Shown here piece by piece: positions 37,601 through 49,300 of a stretch of DNA of 64,000 nt; position 1 is the first letter of the stretch, and the number at the start of each line of letters is the position of its first letter. Source of the stretch: Raillietiella orientalis (Eukaryota); contig JAYWIR010000001.1 of NCBI GenBank assembly GCA_036172245.1, forward strand, positions 9,362,001 to 9,426,000, written 5' to 3'. The translations under genes and the position numbers were made by a program. The notes below the pieces were generated by a model. The model was not told where the DNA came from and did no database searches. It saw only the letters and a list, made by a program, of their open reading frames with translations.

Positions 37601-39099
37601 CCCGCCCGACCTACAGGCTGGTTGTCTCATTCCTCGCTAGGGATGGGCTATGAGAAACGCGAATAGAAGAGGTACGAAGAGAAGTTGCTTTCGTTAAAGG
37701 ATTTTCGCCTTCGTGGAACACGAGGTTTAGAGCGAAAGCACGGGACAGGCCAAAGAATCACACGGAAGATCTCAGCAAACACTGGCCTCCCATCTGGGTC
37801 TCAGGAAGACCTCGAAAGCAACGTCAGAAAAGTCTCCACGGTCTCAGACGAAGGAACTTCCGGAAGTTCCATCTTCTCGAGTCCATCGGCGTGCGTAGTG
37901 AGCCCGTGGCGGTTCACATCCACGGTGGTCGCCGCAGGCAGTGGGGCCATCGCCTGGTCGTTGTTGCTGGCGAGGCCCCCTGAGGGCTTCCCCGGAGTAC
38001 ACCCGGGGGGGGATTCCTCCAGGAAGAACGGGGAGGAAATTTGCAGAGGAGCGCCGCTGACCCGCAGGAGAATCTCGCACGGAAGACCTGGGGTCGGTTA
38101 CCGAGCTCTGCAGGTTAGGCGGCCGAGAGTCGACACCCGCCTCCCACTGCCGGAAGGCGGGCCGTCGTCCCGGAGGCGGCGGAGAGCCCGTGCCTAGCGA
38201 CTGCATTCATCCTGTGTGCGCACGGGGCTGCCGGCTGCCTCACCGCGGAGTGGTGTTCGTGAGCCATGCGGCAGCATCCTTTTTGAGTTGACCTCCTCAC
38301 GGGTCGAAATCTGCCACGCGCGAGGCGAAGGCCTGAGGCCAACCGCTGCTGTCTCCAAGAGTTCTGCGCTCCTGAGGGTCATTCGGCAATAGGGAGACCG
38401 GCACCCGGGGAGCAGGCCGAGCGAAGGGAGGAGAGACTTTTGGAGACGACCCCAGTCCGAAGTAGACCGGAGTGATCGGAAGCAGCAGCGGCAAATCCGG
38501 CGTCGTCGCCCGGGCTTCCGGTGGACGCGGTATACCCGACGCCGGTGGCGGCCGCACGGGAAGACGCGCCGGAGGATACGGCGTGTTTTTTGGGAGCCCG
38601 GATGCTGTGACCGCCGGAATCCGGGGAAACCGTGGACCCAGGAGGACGGCGACGGAGGAGGGGCCACGTTTCCGCGCTCCTCATCACCTCGGGTAGGCCC
38701 TGCAGCCCTCGCCCTGCCGGGCGGGGCTCCTTCAGGAAGGGGCCGGGCGTCATCTTTGCGGCCGATCGGGCGGAGCGGCTCCGGAAGAGGCCGAGGGGGG
38801 AGGGGGAAGACGCGCGCGCGCGGGCGACGCCGCTGGCAGCGGAAAGGCGGCCCGACGGGGATGGCGGAGTGCGGACGCAGAGATAGAACCTTCTACGCGC
38901 TCAGTGGGGGAGCGCGGAAACCGGGCCTCCGGCGGGGAAGTCCACGAGCGGTCCACGAGGAGCAAGCGGGAGCGGGCGGCTGGGGACTTTCCCGCTCCAG
39001 GCTACGGGTGGACAGCGTCTTTTTTCCACTGGGTGGCGCGCGCGGAGCGGCAGAGGTGAAGCAGCCGGTAAATCCTTCCGGCAACCGCACGCAGCCTCA

Positions 39100-41950
39100 T
39101 TCGCCCGGGGGGGGGGGGGGCTGGACATCAACAGTCGCGTAAGGACCCAGGGGGCGACAGAAACATCGACAAGACCGACAGCGCCGCCGAGAACAGAGTC
39201 TCCATGCTGCCCGCCGGCTGCTAGAGCAGCACGGAGAGGGCAGAAGAGCCATGGGAAAAGCGATGCCCGGGCAGAGCTTGCTCAACTCTCGGCAGCGCTC
39301 CCAGCGGCGAACCTGGGCGCTGGCAGGCGGGCGGAGAGGGATGGTGTGCTGGTTGACGCGGACGCGCCCCCGGTGCAGCGGATGTCTTGCGAAATGGCGG
39401 GCAGACGACCACAACGGATGCAGGCAGTTTCCCAGGTGGCAAGAAACACCCCATGCGAGTGCCGGTGGCGGATTCCCACTCGGGGCATGAGAGAGCACCC
39501 CATCCGTGCACTCCCAGACGCAGGAAGGACCACCCCTGCGCCATTCCGCCGGCAGAGCAGGGGGGTATGGAGGGGGGAAGAAACCCCCGTTCTGATGGGA
39601 AGGAGGAGAACCTCCCTGCTCTTCCTTGCCTCCTTTCCCTCTCGGCTGGGAAGAAGCCGCCACTCCTCGGCTGTACTTCCCCTCTCCTCCCTCCCCGCGG
39701 ATGCGGAGGACGTCCCGCTTGTCCCCCTTCCGGCCTATCCACCCATGGAGGTGAAGGGAGGAGGGGAGAAGGAGGAGGACCAGGCGAAAAGGAAAGGGGA
39801 AAGCGAAGGAGCCGAGTCTCTCATTCCCGAGGTCTTCCCGGTCACTGACCCGGGACACATCCGGAAGGGAACATTTCGTGCGTGGTGTTCTCATTGCGGA
39901 CGGCGTGGCTGCCTTCGCGGGAAAGGTGCGCGCGTAACTAGGCGACCGCTGCAAACAGCCGCCGCCATTGTTGTAGCAGAGTGCCACGCTACCTGGCTCC
40001 GACGACGCGTAGCGTTCGTTTTCGTCCAGAGAGAAACGATGGACAGTGTCCTTCGTTTTCTCCTCAAGTGTGCAGGTGAGAGCGCTCGTCGACGGAGTGG
40101 TGTTTTCCGAAAGGCGGACGTTACCAGTGAGCACCGAAGTCACGCGTTAGGGACACCTCGATCGCCGTCCGTGCAGAGCAAAGCATTCCGTCACGCCGGG
40201 CATCTTCCCTGGAGGGGATGGAGCAGAAGACAAGGAAAAGTGCAGGCGAACGCGGAAACATCACCGTACAATCAGGAAAATGAATTTAAAAACGGGAACA
40301 GAAAGAAAGGAAAAAGAAAAAAGGAAGGACAATGGAAGAGACAACACCGTGACGATGCACGTGGGATGGAGTTGTCTAGCTGCACGGAAATCCTTCCAGT
40401 TCCACCACTGGCTTTGCCAGCCTCGTGTTCCGGTGAGTAGTTTGAATGAAAAACGGGAATGAGTTGATGTCAAAAGTCGAGATCGCGGCAGCAGAACGCC
40501 CATGTGCCAACTTTAGCCAATACGAGAGACACGTCGGAAGCGCCTTTGCAGGCGGACCCAAGCACAAAAGGGGACACTTGAAATGAAAAGAAACGGTCGC
40601 ACCTACCGCAAGGGCACGGAAGAATAAAGCAGGAAGGAGAATGACCACAAAAAGGGAGGGAAAAGAAGAAAAAAAAGCTTGGGGATCATCTGGGATTCGG
40701 GCATGAGTTCCTGGAGCAGCGTCCACACTGCTATACTGCGTGCAGAGGATCCTCTCCTCACCGAGTGAGATGGTGAGAGCTTCCCCCAAGCAAGGACAGC
40801 GAGGAAGACATGCACGAGTTGCATTTCCCTGCTTGCTCGCTATCTGGTGGTCTGGGTGAGCTCCTGAGACCACGAGGCGGTGATGGCGGGGTGAGGAAGA
40901 CTTGCCTTCTTGGCCACCGCTCTGCAGTAGACACTGGAGGCAGTCAGCCTGGCAGATCGCACACCAGCTGGAGAACGCGTGCTCTCGAATGTTCTTTCCT
41001 TTCGCCACACGTAAAGGTATGCATTCCCCCCCCCCCCCCTCCCAATCCGTCTCTCTCCGGGAAAGCAGGGAACGAATTCAATATGGGTAAGGCTTTTCGA
41101 GAACCGCGCGCCTTCGCACACAAGTGGGAAATAAAAAAAAAAAGGAAATGGCGAGGGAGTCGCGGCAAGTGGCACGTTCTCGAATCCGACCGTTGCAAAG
41201 AGGACGGAAAGTGGATGCACCGGCGGAAATTCGACGCTTCCCCTCTTCACGCGGGTGGCTTGGAGTGGCAAGAGATGAAGCGGTCAGTAAATCCACCCTG
41301 GACCGTTCCAGCAGCCCCTGGGGGTCGGCCTCTCGCAGATGAAAGTGGAGCGCTTCGGTTTCTGGCTGGACCGAGACACACCCGCCCGGAGCCAGACGTT
41401 GCAGGTCGAAGACGTTGTGGTCTTGCAAGGTTTCTGTTTAGCGTGCGGGAAAGTCTTGTTAGCGGGAAGGCAAGAGAGAGGAAGGACAAAGGAAAAGACA
41501 ACGCCACCACGATGCAAATGGAAGCACGTGGGATGGAGTCGTCTGGCTGTCCGGAAGTCCAGAAGAGAAAAGAGGAAAAGAGCTGCCATCGAGCAGGAAA
41601 AGGCATGCTCTTGGGAGGGTCGGGAGGGCAGAGAGCACAGAGCGAAGCACCCTTTCCCCGCCTAGAAGCGATTTCCTTAGAGGAAGCGAAAGAAAAGCTG
41701 TACGTGGTCCTCGCTGCTGCTTGGTCGATCCTAACCTCGTAGCCATAATGACTTCCGTTCTGCCCTATTCCATCCGGCACATCAGGTGCATCACCGCAAT
41801 GCCAATTAAGGATGAGATACGGCACTTTATAAATCAGATCGCTGCTAGTGACCTTTGGAGACGACCGAGAGGATACTTCATCCGCCTCCAGATCAACGCG
41901 GTGCTCCAAAAATACGTTCCTGCAGCAGGCGGATGGAGTTTCTGATCGAA
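39100..41950 (+). mobile_element. Degenerate LINE RT/thumb fossil
   Basis: VAFVFVQRETMDSVLRFLL (~40030; cf. LDxEKAFDSV..FL). ORF 41721..41945 reads SVLPYSI...DEIRHFINQIAASDLW...VPAAGGWS (cf. FLW...PxxxGGLG). Confidence 0.45.
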
Positions 41951-42749
41951 AGGAATTTTTTCGAAATATTTAATTCTCGGCCGCGTGCGGGAGAATCTAA
42001 TTGGAGCCATTTCTCTTTCGTTATTACCGCCACATGGCACATGTAAAAGGGTGATGCGATGTTTTGTTTTTTTTCCCTTCCTTCCGTATTTCTAACAGGA
42101 CCGTTGTGCTTGGGTCTCCGTTGATGGAAGTTACCCATCAAAGACCATCCCAGGCGAAGGGAGATTTCTGTGTATCTTTTTCGATTTATTATTCGCAGCC
42201 GACCGCGCGCGCGCGCGTTTCGTCTCGGGGAATGAAAAGGCCAAAAAAAAAAGAAAGAAAGAAAACGAGGGTCTCTGAGGAACCAGCATTTTTCATGAGA
42301 GACGCTAATAAGCGCAACACACGATGTTAACACAGACGAAACATAATTCGCGGAACACCTTTTAAATCAAGAGGGAGAGTGAGGGGGTGGGGGGCGCATC
42401 TGCTCGCATGCGTGCCGGTGTACACTCGGAGAAAAGAAAATCACATCAGGTTTGGAGCTCCATTGCAATAAATCCGTTGCCCTGGGTTCAGGGGAACGTC
42501 TCCGTGCGCTGCATCCGCACAGCTAGAAGAAGAAAGCTGAAGAAGGAGGAAAAGTATTTCCCCATCCGTGTCTGAAAAGTTTATAGTGTTTATTCCTCGA
42601 GACGAGACCACAGAAAGACGTGCTTTTGGTTGCTCAACGCAAATCAATAAAACGAATCCGCAGAGCCCATCGGACCGGCGAAAGAATACGAAAATAATAT
42701 TTTCAATGCCGCAGGCGAACCCAGGTTCGGCCGTGGAATAACAGGGGTA

Positions 42750-45650
42750 TTAAAAAAAGAAGACGGAAACAAGGCCATCGAAGCAGGAATATTCCTCGAT
42801 CCCTACCTCAATATGCATATGCCAGTGACACCTAGAGAAAAAGGTTTCTGTTAGCGTAGCCGCAGCCAGCTTGTCCAGCAATCCTGTCGCTTGACAATGA
42901 CTCAGGGATTCGCAGGAAGGAAGGAAGGACTTCTGTGCGGCAGAGTCCATCCATGGACTTAGGGACGTACCTCTTGCGATTCGAAATGAAACATCCGTCT
43001 GAACCCAAACTCCTGATGCATTCGAGCTGTAAAAATTGCAGAGGTGGATCGATGAAAAATGCTGTACTTTGGATTATCCACCGAAATGGGATTTCGTTTG
43101 TTACCGTCATCATCGCAATGAGTGAAACAGTCACTCAAGTGAAACACGGAAGGGAACCACTCTTAGACCTGAAGACTCCGACATCTAAAGTAGCAGATCT
43201 TCTTGGCCCCATACGTGGACTGCAGTAGCAGCGATCGTACAGCTTTCTGTTTCGCTGGAGACGCAACGCGATGAACGAGGATCCGAGTTCTGGGATCTCC
43301 AAACGCGCACCTTCGGGGTTGCGAAATCTCGAGACGGCGGTGCGTCGGCATCCCAGATGAGGATTCTTGCCAGAAACCATCATCCCCCACTGTCCGGAAT
43401 GGAGGTCAACTTCGACATCTCCAGTTAAATACCCACTTTATCGTTATGGAGGAAGGAAGAGGCGCACCGTACCGAAGCAGCACCAGAACTCGGGTTCTTC
43501 TCCGAGGTCTTCCAGGCAGGCTCTTGAAGCGGCAGCTTCCGAATCTTTTTGCATGCTGTTAAACCCAGAAAAGCGATGGATTTTTTGTTCCTGGACGCGA
43601 AACGAGGGCGAGAGGTCTGCTGAGTGGGAACAAAGTGCTGCCCTGGTTTCCTCTCGCAATCCGCACCGACCCAAATCCGGAGTCGGAGGATCCTCCCTGA
43701 AACGGAAATCCCCATGGGCTCACCGCATCGTTTGGAACCAGTGTAACAACCCCAGTACCTTGACCAACGACATGCGTCCCTGCAGATTCCTAGCTTCCCG
43801 AAGTCTCCTCCATGTCCCAGTAGAGAACGGACGAAAGAGCAAACAAGAAAATGAAGCAGCGAACGACAGATTGCCGCGCTTCCCGGGCTTTTGCCCATTG
43901 GGGAAAAGAGCGGCACTGTTTCACAATTAAACTCGGATCACATGAAAATCGAACCGCGATCGCAACGTCGCCGACTTCGCCACGTTCCCTGGTCCTTTTT
44001 TTTCCTTTTCTAGAAGGAACGGGACGAACCAAACACCCATGTCCCCACCCTCCCCATGCTGTTATTCGTTTATCATCCCTCCCTTCCGTTTGCAGTTCGC
44101 AAACGTACCGACCTGCGTGTCGGTGGGCCCTACCCATGAACTTCTTTTGTCTTCGGTTGGCAACTCGGTTCCCAACCGGTTTATCTTTCTATCAAATAAA
44201 CGCCCCGGCGTGACCAGTTGAGAAACCTCACCGCTAAGCCGAGGTCGTACTCGTTCTCGGCAGCTCCTTCTTGTGGTCATGCTCACCAGGATTCCGCGGT
44301 TTCAGTAAAATTTAACAAGACGTCAGTCGCGCAGTAAAAGTCAGGGAAAAGAGCACCCGGTGGATTCCACGCACGTGTGTTTTCTCTTCGAGCATCGCGG
44401 TCCGAATGCTCCACAGTTCTGCAGTGAAAAGCAGTTCGAAGATGGTGGGAAAACATGGTGACACAGGCACCTGGGAAGCTCCCGTGACCCGAGCGGAAGT
44501 CCCGCAAAATACAGAATTTCGAGCGCTCCTCATTTGCTCTTTTTCCGTACTGGTTTCTCTTGCGAATCTGCTGAGAACAAAGCTGGGAACACACGAGTCA
44601 TCTGGAAGAATTCCATGATCGTCGCAGCTACGGCTGTCTTTACTCCTCCTCCTCATCCTAAACCAAGCTCCGCGACGATGCCTTGAGGTAAGAGGGAAAC
44701 GGTAGCCGGCCGAAGTCTTCACGGAGCCAGAATTCTGTGCTTGGGAAAGCACGTGAGAAAGGCCAAACGGAAGATGAAATGTGCTCAGTCCGTAGCCACA
44801 AGATTCCTGTGGTTGGCATTTCTTTCTTCGAGGAGGCAAGAACCAAAAGACTCGGGAAGCAGACTTTTCCTGTGGAAGAGTCCTAGAGCATCTGGAGTCC
44901 GGCAGAGGATGCGGAAGAGGACGGAGATGCCCCACGATCCGGAAGGAGCAAGGTGCCTCGGAGCAGCGACTGCTTGGTTGACAGCCCCCCGCTTCTGTAG
45001 CCCAAGACTTTGGAATACCTCGAGTCAGGAGGGAAGGAAGGATCAAAAGGGAAGGACCGCTTCCTTTTCACAAGAGTAACCACAGCACCCGAGCCGGGAG
45101 AGGAATTCCAGCCCCCTTTCTCCTCGGCTAGAAGAAATGCAGCGGCAGCCTTCCCGGCCTGGGTGCGAAGTGAGGCGGAGCTGCTGCCGCCCAGTGGTGG
45201 TCTTCGAGTGTCTGGGTGAACGCTGCGCTGCCTTCCTCACTGCGTGGGAACGACTTTTGCTGCGGCTCTCCGACTCCCGACGGACGACCCCGAGAACGCT
45301 TCGCATGCGTAGGGCAGTGTCGGCGACCACGGAGATGGTGTCACTCTGCCGTCTTCGAGGAACAGGCGTGGTGCGACGCGACGTGGCCTTCTTGTTAAAG
45401 AGAATTGCTCCACCTGGAGAAGTACAAAGAACCGGAACTAAGCCACATCCTTCAGAGGATGCAGAGGACTCAAGCGAACGAACTGTGGTACTTTTCCCAG
45501 TCTCTCTCTCCCCGTACTCTTCCAAGACACCACATGAATGTCCATTTTCCCGTTCTTCCATTGTTTCCCTTCTTTTGTCTTCCTCCCGCCACCTTCCCAA
45601 AGCGGACCTCGCCGTCCAACAAGCTGCTTGCACATCTGCCCTCTAGTGAT
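42750..45650 (-). mobile_element. Degenerate LINE RT to C-terminal fossil, interrupted by a younger 3'UTR insertion
   Basis: TGASQVPVSPCFPTIFELL (~44460; cf. RGVRQGxPLSPxLFxIxxExL), FYCATDVLL (~44330; YADD position), SRYWGC (~43755; cf. KYLG), NPEGARLEIPEL...IAL (~43300; cf. EGGLGIPDL...AL). Confidence 0.6.
43990..44227 (+). mobile_element. Family A 3'UTR-only insertion
   Basis: ACCGAC-CTGCGT-GTCGGT (44107-44124), CGGTTGG/CCAACCG (44154-44178) and AATAAACGCCCCGGCGTGA (from 44195); colinear with the reverse complement of 55067-55270. Confidence 0.7.
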
Positions 45651-45792
45651 GAAGACTTGGCAGGATATCTTGATCACAATAGACGCCTTGGAGAGACCGG
45701 GTTCAAACCCAGCGCCCTGCCTTTGGAGGATTTCGCAAGACGACCACCAGACTTTCCTTTTGCACTTCTTTTCGATCGGTGCCGATCAGAAT

Positions 45793-46647
45793 ACCGATCA
45801 AAATATTTATTAATGTACATACTATTAACGGTGCTATTATTGCAACAGATATATTTATTAAGATTCAATGAACTACACTGTCAATAATAGCATCAATAAG
45901 CTTCATTATTTTATTGGTTTATTTATTAAAGATTATAAAAAATGAACACATATGCTTATTATATGTATTCATATACATTTATATACATATACACTGATAC
46001 AAAGATTGATGTATACATATTACAGAGATTATAATAAATAAATCTATATGCTTATTATATAAATCGATAAATGTATTTACATATAGATTAAGATACACAT
46101 TAATGTATATTATGAAGATTACAAAACATAAATGTGTATTTGCTTCTTATAAACTTGATATATGTATTTATGTAAAGATTACTATATGGATTGATACATT
46201 TACAAAGATTATGATAAACCTATATGCTTATTGTATATATTAATATGTATTTATATATATATTAATATACCTAATTATTCGTATTTATCAACATACATAT
46301 TTCAACAGTAGCATTATTGGGACGAGTATGTACATCTATTAAGATTCAGTGGCATGCATGTAAATAAAAAAATCAATAACTTGTTGATTATATTGTACAT
46401 GTATGTATTAAATATTATAAAAAATAAACAAATTCTTATTATATGCACCAATATTTATAGATAATAAAAATATATGCGCGTGTGTGCGTTTACATATATA
46501 TATATATATATCAATACACACAATAAGCATATATTTTTATTTTTTATAATCCTCATGATATACGATAATCTGCATATTAATCTTTACATGAATACATATA
46601 GTAAGCACATGTGTTTGTTTTTTATGATGTTTCGAGGTTTCGAACCG
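45793..46647. mobile_element. AT-rich foldback / non-autonomous DNA element with internal direct and inverted subrepeats
   Basis: Abrupt AT-rich island. 45928-45972 and 46588-46632 are inverted repeats (39/45 identical). There are degenerate ~80-bp units containing TATGCTTATT and a ~475-bp offset duplication. The right end TTTCGAGGTTTCGA resembles the 49.8 kb TIR. Confidence 0.65.
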
Positions 46648-46739
46648 CTTTCGAAAGGGAGGGTGCACACCTCGTCGCCTTAGGAACGCATCCGCGCGTG
46701 TCACTAGCGTCCCACGCGTTCGTGTTTGTGCGAGGGTTC

Positions 46740-47300
46740 TCCTGCGTTTCGAATGCGAATCGTCAACGGAACTGCCGTTTGATGACGATGACGATTCTCT
46801 TCCCGTCTCTTCCGCACGATAGGACGTGCGCCTGCATGCCGACGCTCCATCTCGAAATTTCTCGATTCTTCGCCGCGCGTGATTTCACGCGCGACGGCGG
46901 CGGCGGTTTCCTATCGAAGGCCGTTGGTGATTCAAGTCGTCTCTCCGCGCGGAGGGGGAGGCGCGTGATCTCCGTCCCTCCCTGCTCCTGGATGGGGCGC
47001 CTGCGGTCGAATCGGGTGGTCCTGACTGACCGGAAGCGGGTGGAGATCACTGGATGCCCTCCCTCGGAGGAAGTTGAGACGCACACGAGTTCCTCCTTTG
47101 CGAATCCTGAGGACATGGATCCGTTTTCCCCTCTGCCTGACGGACGGACGCACGCGCGTAACACGAAGCATTTCGTTCGAGACCAATGCAAGAGAATTAC
47201 CACTCTGCGGAAGGAGCCTGCCCCAGACTCAAAAAGGTGCCGTCTGCTGGAGCCATGAATAAAGATTCACGATGTCTTCCTCGTCGCGCGCTCTGGAGCC
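46740..47300 (-). mobile_element. Possible LINE post-YADD fragment
   Basis: LLHWSRTKCFVL (cf. LxINxxKTK); single motif only. Confidence 0.3.
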
Positions 47301-48059
47301 GCCAACTGCCGGGCAACCTTTCCTGCCGCCTGGAAGGCGGGTGGATCACCAGGCGAGGCTGCTGCTGCTGCTCGACGCACCGACCGGAGAGTGACGTCGA
47401 CAACGAGGATGGACCGGGTAGCGGAGCGGTCGTAGAGAGACGAGCTGCGAACGAGGCAAGACAGGGGGTTCTCCTCCTCTTTCCCGAGGCGCAGCCCACG
47501 GTCGCAGCGGCCATCCGGGTGAACAGTGTGGTTTCCGAGGAGCGTTCTTTCTTTTTTTTTTTATTTGCGCACGCCGTCCCTGGACGCCTCCAAAGCGGCG
47601 TGAGAAAGGCGGAAACGCGCTGCGTGTGAAAGGGTGGCGGGAGCAGCGAGGGGAGGTGCCGCCACATGGGGTCCGCTCTGAGGGGCGGCACGTTCGCGAG
47701 GGGGGTTCTTCAGCAGCGTGGTGTCCTTGGCGGCGGCGGCGGCCAAGCGAGCGCGCCTCAAGAGAATCCTCGCTCGCTGCTTCGCTTCTTCCGGGGAGCT
47801 GCCGGAAGCCACCCACCGTCACGGCAGCGGCTGCCGCTGCCTCGGTATGTCTGCGAACCTCCACGCGCACCTTCTTCGGGGACCGCTCCCTCCTGCGCGT
47901 CTGCTCTTCCGCGTCATGTCGCCTCATCGCGTGCGGCTAGAGGCAGGTGGTCCCGGACTTCCCGGCAGCGGGCGCCGACCAGCTAGAGACTACAGGAACT
48001 GGGGCGGGTGTGGGGGTGGGCATTCCCTTCCCGGGCAACTCGGAAAGGGAAGGAAGGGG

Positions 48060-49300
48060 TGGCGGCGGTGCTGAAGGCAAGTCACCCGCAAGAATTCCTT
48101 CTTTGCAGGCGTTCGTCGGACACTTTACTTTCAACTTTTACTCTAAGGTCTTCTCCCTTCTTATTATTCTTCGTGTTATCTGTCTTATCGGGGGCAGCCG
48201 ATAGCCAAAAACAGATAACCGAATCTGATCGAAGGCGAGTCGCCCCCGTGCACGCAAGTTGTCATCATACAAGAGGAGCTGCCGCAGAAAGGAAGTTCCT
48301 GTGCGGTTCCGAGGTCTTCTCTTCGAGGACGTCAGGATGAGTTCTCGATGCTCCGTGGTGCCTTCTGCGGAAGGGGGGGGGGGAGGGGAGGGGAGGCACT
48401 GCGACGATCGACAAAGGGCGCGCGTCCTGCGGACGCAGACGGAGTTCCCCGCGTCCACCGCGCTCCGCGCGGAGCTGGGGTCCGCCGGGGCGAGCCCGTT
48501 GCCGCAGCCGATCGCCCCACGCCTCCCTCATAGGAAAAGGAGAGAGAGCGGGGTTCGCCCTCCTCGGTTCTCTGTGCGCGCCTTCCGCCGGAAAGTAGTG
48601 CTGCGCACGCGAATGTAGTCCTCCTTCGAGGCGGACAGGAGGGACGAGGAACGCGGCGGCCCTTCCCAGCCTCTCCTCGCCGGAGACGACGACGCGCGTG
48701 AGAAAGTTCCCTTGTTTCATTCCCGGTGTCCTAGGTGATCCTTCCGGCGACCGTTTTCCGCCGCCGTCCCGGACGGAAGGTGTGCGTGCGCGGCGCAGCC
48801 TGCCTCAACGAAAGGCGAGCTGGGAATCGTCAAGCAGCGAGGCAGCAGGACGCCTGCCGTGCAGGGAGGCAATCGCTAGAGAGCGGAAAGGAGGGGGAGG
48901 AAAGCAAGACGGCCTCTGTCTAGCCCTCCCCCTCCTTCAGGCTGGGAAGAGGCCGTCTGAGCCCATGAGCCTGCTCTGTTCTCGGTCCGGGTGAGCACTG
49001 CTTTGAGAGCGCGGTGAAGATGGCGCTGACCCGCCTACGGCTCTCGCAAGAGTCAGACCTGCCTGCGATCCGTCCTTCCGGATGCTGCCTTCATCTGCGG
49101 TGGAGGGAGCTCGGAGAGGCAGGGGGGCTGACCGACAAAAAAACCCCTCCTCCTCCTCTCCTCCGAATCTCGGATGCACAGCATAGACGCCCCCATACGA
49201 CGTGCATGGGGCGGGCTCGCTGGCTGGCAAGAGGGAGGTCGGGAATGCTCCTTTCTTTCTGAGGCTGGAAGAAATGCTTTGTGCCCCTCTCGTCTTCCCT
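48060..49300 (+). mobile_element. Degenerate LINE RT fossil
   Basis: EGKSPARIPSLQAF (~48075; cf. GKSPGxDGL), RVICLI...ASRPRARKLSSYK (cf. IxLI...RPISL..YK), SFEADRRDEERGGPSQPLL (~48630; cf. F...RGxRQGxPLSPLL). Confidence 0.45.

Noticed and set aside
39097..40440. Long overlapping ORFs (348 and 364 aa), and similar 200-330 aa ORFs at 23.4, 34.3, 35.2, 40.8 and 51.9 kb
   Set aside because: Arg/Pro/Gly/Ser-rich, open on both strands and crossing homopolymers, as expected in GC-rich DNA. Only patchy LINE motifs are recognisable.
45695..45715. B-box-like GGGTTCAAACCC
   Set aside because: The T-stem does not pair and there is no A-box or cloverleaf.
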